From assembly GCA_030324005.1 (NCBI GenBank), contig JARDVH010000097.1, positions 66,970,534 through 67,034,533 on the forward strand: a DNA stretch of 64,000 nt. Direction: 5' to 3'. The notes beneath the pieces were generated by a model. That model searched no databases. It saw only the letters and a list, made by a program, of their open reading frames with translations, and was not told where the DNA came from. Shown here in pieces: positions 39,701 through 51,700 of the stretch. The stretch comes from Negaprion brevirostris (taxonomy: Eukaryota). Made by a program: the position numbers and the translations under genes. Each line of letters begins with the position of its first letter. Position 1 is the first letter of the stretch.

Positions 39701-42700
39701 TAGATATTGCTACAGTTCGTTTCTCCCTGTTAATTTGGTTCTATTAAACTTAAGCTGCTAAAAAATGAAACAAGAGAATGAGAGAATCATGCTGATATCC
39801 ATATTTTGTGCTGTATGATTGTCATTTAAGGGGAACCTTGTTCTAATACTATTGAACTAAAATCAGTTCTCATTTTGTTTAAGTTAATTAAGATTGCTTC
39901 CTTTTATAACAATGTGTGGCACATTATTTTATATCATTGCATGCAGTACGTTGTGGCTCATTGACCTAAGTGTGATTGGCATATAAATGTTGACCTATAC
40001 ACTCGTTGTGAAATTAACCAGCTTCACGATTTGTATCAAGTTTTGCAGCAGCAAGTATTTGCTCAGTTTGTCTTTATGGGAATTGAAGAAGTGTGCATGT
40101 GCAAAACACATGATCTTTCTTATGTTACAAGGATAGGTTTTTGAAAATGTGTAACATTTGCGTAGCAGATCCTGTGGCCTCTGAGGCTGGTGACTAGAAG
40201 TATATCTGCAATCCTGTGCTCTACATTCATTCTTCTTTGCCAACGCAAGCTCTGAAGGGCGAGCCTATACAGGCCATGCTGGTACTTTGAGACAGGACAG
40301 CAAAACACCCATTAGTCTGAATAGGCTTGGTGCACTTGGAATGTACGATTTCTGTTCAAGACAGCTGCAACATGGGCGCGTAAAATCATTCTCATGGTGT
40401 ATTTGCTACTTGAGAAATTTCTACTCAAAAGATATATTTTTGTGATTTAAGTTATTATTGTTAATTTCCTTTCCCTCTTAGTCTCTTATACTGGATGCCG
40501 GTGAATACATTTCTACAGCCAAAAACGAACTTAATGAAGAGTTGAAACTTAGTTCCCTGAAAACCATGGTTACTGTATGCACAAAATGTCTGCATTCTCA
40601 CACTAAGGTACTTAACTCACTTCAGTTAAATGTCTACAATTACATTATACTAAATATAATCAGCTTCATTAAACTGACATCATTATGTTTTATCTATTTA
40701 ACTTCACTTTGAACATAATTCTGATTGTTAGCACCCTTTTGCCTGAATCAGAAATCTTAAATTCAAATTCCATGCCAGGATTTGGTGGAATGAACTAGGC
40801 TGATGCTCCATTAAAGGGATGCTTAACATTTGGAAGTGCCATCCGTCAGATGAGACTTGAACCAGGGTACTGTTTACCTGTTTCTATGGTTCAGATGGAT
40901 ATGAATTATCCTATTCCGCTACTTGGAGAAGAACAAGAAATTCCCTTGGTGTTCTTGCCAATGTTTTTCCCTCAACCAACACTACAGGATCATGCTGTGT
41001 TAGATTAGTAACCATTTCTACCAACATAACAGAAATCACTCCACTCTAAAGTAATTCATTTTAGATGAAGCACTTTGCGTTGTTGCTGAAATACATTAAA
41101 AGATAAATAGACTTCTGTCTTTTATTTCACTGATTTGATAATTTTTTTTGGTTGTCCTAAAACAACAATTAATTTGCAATGCAGTTTTATGTATTGTTTT
41201 CTGTTTAAACTGAGAATGTAAATAATTGCATTAGAATATATCTATTATTTAAGCTGTAGCTGACTGCCTCTTTGTATTTTTAGTTTTACCAATATGTACT
41301 CTGTCTAAAGAGTGGTGACTTCACAAAGTTCCTTACAAAGTATTCTTAAGTACTCAAGGATGATTCGTAATAATTCATGTCCCCTGGAATTAAACAATGT
41401 TTTCTATTATTTTTGCAGCATTGGCCAAAGAGGAGCTCACCTGTTCTCTTCCTTCAGTTATTCCCAGCAAGATTTATGAATGATCTTGTGCAGATTTGCA
41501 AACAACTGGTAAGAGATTAACTGAAAATTTCTAGCAGTTGATAGGCAGGATGGGGTTCCTAGATATGTTGCTACTTGTAGAACCTGGATTTAATTCATTC
41601 TAAATTGCTGTTTGCAAGCAGTGCAATTACATACACCACATTGCACACATCAATGTGACAATTCAAATAACACAACCATGATGAAAATTATATGTTGTTT
41701 TTCCATCCCAAATGTTTTTTAATTAATACATTTCTTTTTACAGTAAGCACGGTATGTTTTATGACAAAAATTAGAACTTTCTCATATACCACATTCTAAG
41801 GGGAATTTTAAGAGGAGTTTAGAACTTGAGGAGGTTAATGATGCCAAGATATGTTAGCAAGTTTTGAATCCTCTCAAACTTATGAGGAGGCAGCAACGTA
41901 TTTTAACTTACTACAAGCCCCCAAGCCCTTACAATTGCTGCGGTGAATCAAATGTAGAGATGTGTATCAGGTTATCTCTTCAGATCGTATGTAGGGAATT
42001 GCTTGACCATTTCTGGCGACAGTGGCTGCTGAAAACAATAATTGCTATCTCTGTTCTACAAACTTGATTTACTTCTGGCAACTTCAGTGAGCCACAAATA
42101 CATATTGTCCCTTTTTGATAAAGGCAAAATACTGTGGATGCTGTAATCTAAAACACTGGAAAAGCTCAGAAGATATGACAGCATTTGTGGAGAAAGAATG
42201 GACAACGGGTCACCCAGACTCGAAACGTTGGCTCTATTCTCTCTCCACAGACGCTGTCAGACCTGCTGAGATTTTCCAACATTTTCTGTTATTGTCCTTT
42301 TTTTAAAAACTCTAATTGTCTAAGTCAATTCCAATTTGGTTTGAAATAGAGATTAATTTTGTCTTTTGGATATCTTGGCACTAAAATCTGACAAGAACCA
42401 ATCTGCTTTAGACAATATTGAATAAATCTGCTTGCCCTTTGCTTACCTGACTTTTATCACGTGAGGTCTCTTTGTCCTAGCCTCTGTTGTTTGAAAGAAA
42501 CTGCATTTCCACTTGATTGTGTTTTCATCTATGATGATATTTTCATTATTAAGTAGCTGTTTTCTGGCCCTGGATAGTAGACAACCTGGTCTGCCCATGG
42601 GCTACTTATCCTGTTTCAAGGTTTGAAATGATGAGTGCATAGGATTACATCTTAGTTAACCAAAATCCATCAGCAGTTTGGTTTGTGTATTTAAATCCAT

Positions 42701-45700
42701 TACAACATTCTAACCATCAGATTATATTTTACAAATCATTTACAGCTGACGTGTATCACAGAACTGTTGCATCGTTGTGGTAAAATAAATCAAGTGATTG
42801 TATCACCTCCAGAGACACAAAACCCATTAAACTAAAGTTTGAAATGACGCATCAAGTTTGTCAGAATTTGAAGACAAAAGAAGAGGTTTATGTTCCATGT
42901 AAAGATACATTGTCAAAAAGATATTCTTGCAGACGTCTCTGACATCATAAACGAGTGGTTACTGACAGAGGCCGACATTTTCTTTGGCTGCATAGTTCAG
43001 CCTAGCAAAATAAGCTGGAAGAGGTTCTGTAGAAGAATCATTTAAATCCAAAATGTTAACTCTGTTTCTCTCCACAGATGCTGCCAGACCTGCTGATTTT
43101 ATCCAGCAGTTTCTGTTTTTATTTTGGAAAAGGATTTTGTTCTTTCTATATCTTTGTAGTTTTTTGGGGATGCAGTGTTCCAAAAATTAGCTGCACGGTT
43201 TTTCCTGTTGTTATGGCTGCCAATTAATGCACCCATTGCTGTACACGGGCAGTCCCCACTGCGGCAAGACATTTCTTAAATTTGTTCTGAACAACGAGCA
43301 GTCCATTTTGAAAAAAACTCCCCTTCCTCCTGAAATGATTAATGAATTGCAGTGATGGTCAGATTGAAGAAAGGATAACATGTGTTCATTGCTCACCCCT
43401 AACTTTCAGGCAGCCCACTGTGGAAAATCACACGAGGTTTGTGAAGCAAGGGATGATATTCAAGATGGCTTCAGGGAAGTACAGGGAAATGGATCTGGGG
43501 ATTTCTTTGACGATAATGAAGCAAGCGATTATGGTGACAGCAGCGACTCATTGGTTGGAACAGGTAAGATATTTATGGGTGTAGATACTAAGCATTATAG
43601 CAGAAAAATAATTACCTGAGGTTGCAGTTGTGCTTCTTTTGGCTGCATATTATAAGCCTAGTTCTAGCAGTATATTTATTTAATTTCTGTTGATTTATTC
43701 AAGTAGTATCATTATGCTGCGTATGTATTCATTAGCTTTCAAACTTCTTTTTCAGGAGCAAAGAGCATTTTAGCTGAAGAGAATTTGACAAAGCATGATT
43801 TTCTCCTCCTCGACACTCTCCGATTCCTCTGCTGTTGCACAGCAGCAGGACAGATGCATGTGCTTTCTTTCAGGTCCAGTGATATTAGAAGAAAACTGTT
43901 AATGTTGATTGATGCGAAAGATCATAGCATTTCAAAATCTCTACACTTGCACATGGTGGGTATCACTTTACATAATAACCTTTGCTTATGTAGTTGAAAT
44001 ATAGAGATTTTGAAACTAATTTGATGAGTCTCCCTTTGATGATTCATGTCCCATGTTGCCCCTTCCCTTTCTAAGAAAATTAGGATAAGTTTTTAAGTTA
44101 ATGCTCCAACTGTGTAATATTTTATGGACAGAGGTGGGAGCAAAGTGTGTATGTACGTGTGCATGTCGTCATGCGTGTGCGTGCATGCTCCTGCAGGACA
44201 TTAACAGTGCATCCAAGAGTGTAAAACCGTGGTTCTCAAATCTTTCTTGCCCTTTTTTCAAATTTATTAGTAATTAGAATCTAGTTCTCCATGTATCCCT
44301 GTGTGTACCATTGCAGAGACCAGGGAAACATACCTGGCCAAAATAGTAATTTTATTGCAACAGCACTTCTTTAAATACAGGGTTTCTAGTTATTCTTTCA
44401 CTAAAGACTTCAATAGAATCAACATTTCTCGCCTTGGAAAAAGCTACAGAAAGCTGTGCTAATATACAAGCATTGGGTTTGAAATGGTGCCGAAAAATAA
44501 ACACATTGCTTGCATAGTGCGCTCAATGTTTAATTGACTGTATTAGATGGAATTGAGATTTTTAAAAATTGAAGTGTTAAAATTGTGGTTAGCAACCACT
44601 TCACTGAAACAATATTTTTCACCTCAGTCAGTTTATCGCATTTCTCGGAAGTAATTCTACAGCTTTTGCAATCAGCTATCCAATCAAGTGAGAGAAAGTG
44701 TAATAAGCAAAAGCCATTAATCTACTTTAGTTTGCACTGTTGGCAACTATCCATAAAGAAAGAAAAGATCAATTCGGCTGTGGCATGGCTTTTGATGTCC
44801 CGAAGCACCTTGTAGAATTAATTATCAGGTGCAGTTCTGTGAGATAAAGTGCCAACACTTTTTTGCAGAGCAAATTTCCACAAATTGTTGTTAGCAGCCA
44901 CTTCCCGGAAACAACTTGCATGGCAGAGGTTAGCCCTGTCACACCTGGTTGTAAACAGAGGCCCTTATACCTTATTCCATGTGCCTCACATTTGATAAGT
45001 CAAATATATATGATAAATGTGTGCAGTTATACAACCTTATCTTGTCATTAATTTTGCATTTAAGTGGTGCTGATTTGTTTGTGTCTGATCCCACAGTACT
45101 TGATCCTGTTGAAAGAGCTCCCATCTGAAGAATGTGCTCTTCCGTCAGATGATTTCTCCATACTTGTGAAGCCGCTCTTGTAAGCAGCATTTTGTTCCCC
45201 TGCAGGAAGTTTATGTGGATAGCAATCAGGAACTTGGGTGGGAAACCATGGAACCCTTGTAACCAAAATCCCAAAATACCTTCCTTGCACAAAGGATGCA
45301 GATATTTGATGCAGATACAGAGTGGCTGAGGTGCACAAAATTGCATTATCCAGCACTAACCTACTGATGAATATAAAAAAAAGTTGTAAAAATATTCAGC
45401 GTCAGAACAAGCATCTTTTTAACAAAGTGAAGCAGTTGACTAGTTAACTGTAAAAGTTCCAATTTCCACGAAAAAAATCAATGTAAGTATTTCTTAAGGA
45501 CTAAGTGATAATCAGAAAAATAAGTGGGCAAGATTAAATAGTTGAAGTTCATTTAAATGTAAGAATTCCTTTTTTTTGGATTAACAATGGATTTTGTACC
45601 ACCTGGTTGGAATCTTATTGCGCATTTGATTTCTAAGAATCTTACAAAAATTGAATTATTCCCTGATAGAAATTGTCCCGAATCGATTTGAAACTGTCAG

Positions 45701-48700
45701 TGGAAATGTTAGTTAAAGCAGACTAACAGCATTCCAAAGCATAGGTCATATTATTTATGTACTCTTTAACTTGCATTTTCAAGTTGTTTTATCTCTCAAA
45801 TTGATGCAGAATTGCGCAAACTCCTGTACAGTTAGATTATGAACAGCTTTGAAGTGTAATTTCAACAGTCATTTAACAGGGATTTGATTTTTACTGATTT
45901 GTAAATTTAAACATTTTATAATTGCAGCCTCTGATCTGTGCAGGGACTTGTGTTCCATGTATCGTTGTGATCAAGAGGTTTGTTCAGTGATCCTGATGCA
46001 CATTCTCCCATTACTAACCGTACAAGGCATTGACTCTGATGAAATGACAGATGTCCAGGGGAAACTACTGAAGGCAATTGGAGCATTCTGGTATGTGTAC
46101 TTTCTTGGCCTCACCCTTTCCACAAGACCTTTTCAGGCTATGTTTTTTATTGAAAGCAAATTCTAAATATTCTCCCTCAATGTGTAGTTTTGAGATTTAT
46201 GGAAGTAAATGTATGTGTATATATCAATGCATATGTTTATTTGTAATAGGCACCTAAGCAAGGAAGGAAAATGTAATGCACAAGTGAGAGCTGCTTTAGT
46301 AAGATGCATGAAAGCATTACTTGAGGTGAGTCAATTAAATGTATCTTCTGATATTCGAGTAACATGTTAACAAGGTTTAGCAATTGTTTAAATATTTCAG
46401 TGCCACAACTACAACAGACACTATATACAGGACCTCCCACTCATCCAGTAGTCTCCCTGTAGTTCAAGTTTTGAGATTTTTATATAACTCTATTAGTTTT
46501 ACGTGGCTGGGTGTATGTGCCTAAATGGCCAGGAGATAGAGGCTCCACCTTCCATCAACATCAACAACCTTGCTCTGGAGATCTTCGACAGCTTCACATA
46601 TCTGGGATCAACAATTACCATTGACCTGTTCCTTGATACCAAACTCAGCACCAGGATTGCCAAGGCTACAGATGTCATGTCAAAGTTGAGAGGTTGAGTA
46701 TGGGCCAACAGCAAAGTAACCAAGTTTGTGTGTACCAGACTTGTATTCTATACACCCTCCTTTACAGTGAAGCATGGCTACCTTATGCAAACCAAAATAA
46801 GCAGCTGAACAGCTTCCATATCCACGGTTTCAGATGAATATAGGGCATCTCTTGACAGGACACTGCTGAATGTGGAAGTATATCAGCACACGAGAATTTC
46901 CAGTTTGTTCATCCTCTTGAGTCAATGGTGATTTCAATGGCTAGATCATGTGCACCAAATGGATGAGGGCTGCATCCCCAAAGACCTGCTCCATGACAAG
47001 CTTTCTATCAGCACAAGACCAACATCTGGAATATAAAGATGTCTGTAAGCAACACCTCAAGTTGGTGAATGTTGGAATCAATGCATGGGAAGTCCTTGCT
47101 GCTAAGCAGTGGGCCTGGAATCAAGCAGTCAGAAAAGGTGTGAGAAAAGCAAAGGACAAAAGAAATAATCAGAGGGTGGTAAAGAGAGCCCATTCAAAGG
47201 GGAAATATCAGTCAGCCTTGGGCCAATGCTATTCATCTGTATCAGTTGCGGCATCCACTGCCACTCTCAAATTGGTTTCTAATGCAGAAGTGACATACAC
47301 CTCATGTTCAGCCCATTGGCCCCCAAGGTGGAGAGATGTCAGAGAGATATAAATGGCTGGGAGGCAATTTTTTGTTTTGTAATGCATCTGTGAAGTGCCT
47401 TAGCATACTTTATTGCATTTAAGTTAAGGTGCTATATAAGTGCATGTTATTGTTATAAGATAGTCACAGGTTCTGAATAAAACCAAAATAAAATAGTTAA
47501 CAATAATAGCCTCAGTGATTTGGAAGTGCTTGTTCTAAAAATCAGTTTGGAGAATCATAGTTTTACAACCTACATCTGATGTGCAAAGTGTTAGGTTTGT
47601 TAGTCCTGTAATCTTTGTGTGTTATAGTAATGTTTAGTTTTGTTTAGGACTTGTTATGTCTCTCCAGAAAGACCCACATTCCAAATGGACTATACTCTCC
47701 ATCAGAGATGAAGAGTTGCCTGTCTCTGAAGTCTACACAGAGTTCTTAACAGATACTCACCATCAGGTTCGCATGCTTGCTGCCATGTCTGTTAGCAGGT
47801 AATCTTTCTGGGTACTAATAAATGCTTACAGTTATAATTTCAAAGTTTTGCAGTTTTGGAAAAAGTTTGATCAGATTAAACTTGATTGTATATACCAAAT
47901 GAGTTTCTGACTTTTACAAAAAGGAGGATTAATATCAGTTGACTGGTTTAGCAAATGTAAAACACATTCTTTTGTCTAGCCTTTTGAAGTTTTTGTGTAC
48001 TATTGAGAGAAACAAAATATTTCTGAGCTATTTCACTCGAGTTGAAATAAAACTTTCTGATGAAGCGTTTTCTTCATCAAAGTAAAAGATGGGCATGTGG
48101 AAAAGTAAGCAGTTTTTCTTTCTATCCTGGTGTCAAGTCTAACTTTTTGATGTACAACCCTTATTGCATCAATGTGGGTTTGTTTCATCTTCTACATCAG
48201 CCTTTCTATGACCCTCTGAATGAGGTTACCAGTTGTGCTAAATTGTGAGTAATTTTGTATTCCACATCCTTGAGAACCAGTTGGAAAGTTGTCTGCATTA
48301 TTTTAGTTGTGGTTTAACTGTGACAAAGGTAAACTTCCCCCCCCTCCCCTCTTTCTTGACTGTCTGCAGCTTTTAATGTGGTTAATCACACCATTCCCCT
48401 CCAACTCCTCTTTATTGTTGCAGGATGTGTGGGACTGCAGTAACCTGGTTCCATTTTTAGGTCCCAACTGCACCTAGAATGTCATTTACATCGGCGTCTC
48501 TTCCTGCTCCCGCACTCTTATCTCCAAAGATCTAGCTTCTGCTCTTTTCTGTTTCTCAACTGCATGCCACCGTTCGGTGACACCATCCAAAAACACAGAC
48601 TTGATTTGCACATGAACTCTGATGACTTCCAGTTCTATCTCCCCATCCACCTCTCCTGACTCCTGCATTGTTGCTAAATTAACAAACTGTTGATTGAATA

Positions 48701-51700
48701 CTAAGTTCGGAATGAGCAGAAATTTCTTCCAATTAAGTCTTGGGGAAAACTGAAACTGTTGTTTTTGGTCCCCACCTTAAATTCCATTCGCTAGCTACCA
48801 ACTCTATTCCTCTTCCTGGCAACAGTCTGAGATTAAATAAGTGTACTCACAACCTTGGTGTCACATTTGACGTGGAGAGACGTTCTTGACCACATATTTA
48901 CACCATCACTAACACCACCTATTTCCCTCTGTGGCATTGTTTTACATCATCCGTTTAAACTCCTCTGCCATTGAAATTGGAGCTGATTCTCCCAAAAGTG
49001 CTGAATTGGCAAGAAAACTGGTGTAGATCACAACTGTTTTTTTAATGCAACTTCAGACCTGTATCTCCCCACTTTTGTGCAATGCAGAAGTCACAATCGG
49101 GGGCAGGGGATGCTACTGCTGCTGCTGCAGCCTGACAGCTCTGGAATGCTGTGTAAGTGAATAGCCTCAATCTATCAGTCTCCCCATGTGCTGGCCAGCT
49201 CAATCACTGGCCAGCCCAGGATCCCCACAGTGCTGCCCCTCCAGCTTCCCCCAACATCCCAGTCGTGGCCCTACAACAATTCCCAGGCCAGGCCCTCCCT
49301 CCCCAATCCTGGAGTGCCCCAATGTCCAGTCCTGCCCCCCAGCAGTGACAATTCCCCCCACCCAACCTCCTGATCCCAGCTTTACCGTTCCCCCCACCCC
49401 CAGGTGCAGACCCCCACTATGCAGTACTCCTGGTGGTGGGGTGGGAGATGCTATCTCATAGTGATAATCACATGTAGAATAGATTTTAAAACATTCAAAA
49501 AAGATTTAAATCACTTACCTCTCTCTTCCTGTCAGTTTCCAGCGCGGTCCCAACTGCAACTGTTCCCTAGTTCTGGGAGACGTGCATGCATTTCCCACTA
49601 AATGGCCAAATGTGATTCTACCGAACGAACCCGCCAGAAAATTGGCAGGTCGCAAAGGGAGAATTGCCCCCTCTAATTCATGCCTTTGTTACCTGTAGAC
49701 TTTACCATTCCACTGCACTGCTGGCTGGTCTCCTGCGTTCTACCCTCCATAATCTTAAAGTCACCTAAATCTCTGATTGTTTGGTGTTGATCATGTCCGC
49801 TAGAGGGAAAGGTGGCAAAGGGCTTGGTAACGGCAGAGCCAAGCGGCACCGCAAGGTGTTCTGCGACAATATTCAAGGCATTACCAAGCCTGCCATCAGG
49901 TGTCTGGCTCACCACGGGGGTGTCAAGCGTATCTCTGACTTGATCAATGAGGAGGTCTGTGGGGTGTTGAAGGTGTTTTTGGAGAATGTGATCAGGGACT
50001 CGGTGACCTACACTGAACACGCCAAGCATCAGACAGTGACTGCCATGGATGTGGTGTATGCGCTAAAGCGCCAGGGGCAGACGCTGTATGGCTTTGGTGG
50101 TTGAGACTTTTTTTCCGGCACCTGAGTCTAAAATTGCGGCAACTCCCATTCCCCTATCACCAGTGTGCTCACTGATCTACATTGATTCCCAGTCAAGCAA
50201 GATATTGTTCTTAAAATTGTTGTCCATGTTTTCTAATTCCTCTACGGCCTTGTCTCTCCCTATCTCTGTAATCTTCTCTAGCCCACAGTTCTCCGAGATA
50301 TCTCTGCTCATCTAATTCTGATCCCTTGAGCATTCTTGTTTTTAATCACTACCCCAGTGGTGTCTGCATCTTCAGTTGCTGTAGTCCCAACCTCTGGAAT
50401 CTCCTCCCCACACTTCTGCAGCCCACTGCTGTCCTCGAGGGCACTTGTTAAAGCCTATCCTTTCGAGCAAGCTTTTAGTCATTTGACCTAATATCACCAT
50501 ATGTGGCTCAGTGTCATTGTACTATTGCTCCTGTGAAGTACCTTGGGATATTATGTTAAAAGTGCAGTTTAAATATCAGACATTGCTGCTGTTGTCTGAG
50601 TGAGACTTTATCCTACATGACTAGGTGATATTCAATCCGGAATCACAAAGGTGAAAGATCAGGATTCTAATCCGTTACATTCTGACCTATTGAACCTGTA
50701 TTTTTTTATACTCAGTTACTTTGTATCTCTGTCACCAACTTAAATACCTGTTTGTTAGAAGTTCCAAATCACTAAACAAAAACATAACTGTAGCATTCTG
50801 ATCATGACATCTCATGAAATGTGATCACTCATTTTTGAACAATTCATTTCATTCCAGACTATTCCAGGAAGTCCAGATGCAGGATCAGTCTATACAGCTA
50901 AAAGCCATTCCTGTGAAATTGCAGCAGAAGGCCTTTGAAAATGTGTACATGAAAGTGCAAGCTGGAATGAGATTTCAAGTATTGGTGTTCCTTTCTTTCA
51001 ATATGATTTCAGACATGCTCATTGACTAAGATCATGTGTGGTATCGACATGCTGTGCTTGGTTGAAGTCAGTAGGTTACATTTTAGGTTCATTTAAAGCA
51101 ATTTTTAAAAGCGGCATCCCGGCTTTTTGGCTAAGATGCAAATGAGATCAAGCCTTGAAGGGGGAGCTGTACCTACTCCAATCAGTTTGGATCATGTAGA
51201 TCAAGCCCAAGACAGGAGGTGAGAGCTCTGTCTTGTCAGCTTGGATCGGGAATGTCTCAACTTGTTGAGACTCTGAATTGGACTTGATTTAATTGAATTG
51301 AAATAAAATCAAAAAAATTCGGTTCTTATCAGTTTAAAATCTGACACGTTCCTTATCTGGGGGCCATATATTAAATTGATCTTTGGAGTAGGGAGATGGA
51401 ATAGGGGCTTGCTCTGACCACTTATCGTCCCAGTAATGCAGTATCTCCGGGAACAGTGCATCCCCTTTCTGGGGACATTCTCAAGCTTCAAAAACAGCTC
51501 TAGTTCATGTACATCCTTGCTAAAATCAAAGGAAGGTCAGTTAATCCTATTTGGAGAAGCATCTTCCATTCTGTCCCTTCAGTTTGCTATTGGTTCTTGG
51601 CTCATGTTCCATTTTCTGTTACACCCCACCACCACTTGCATTTATTTTGCTTAATTGATGTCCTTGATATTTTTTTCTCATACAGAAAAAATTCTGAAAT

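Larger units (their letters stand above)
48336..50580 (+). mobile_element. L2 LINE RT/3' fossil interrupted by a TIR element (about 48978-49671) and the H4 copy
   Basis: Degenerate motifs in order: LD.SAAF..V.H.I (48355), KTE (48747), NLGVTFD (48851), LIHAFVT.RL (49672), [10 protein letters not shown] (50150), then an L2-type 3' UTR. Confidence 0.8.

Noticed and set aside
49157-49461. Proline-rich ORFs
   Set aside because: C-rich interior of a non-autonomous TIR element.
49793-50104. Functional replication-dependent H4 gene
   Set aside because: 16 substitutions including DNA-contacting arginines, no 3' stem-loop, and embedded in an L2 fossil.
51109-51465. Functional U2 snRNA gene
   Set aside because: The branch-point-pairing region is interrupted, the Sm site is mutated, the 3' stem region has a deletion and no snRNA promoter is evident.
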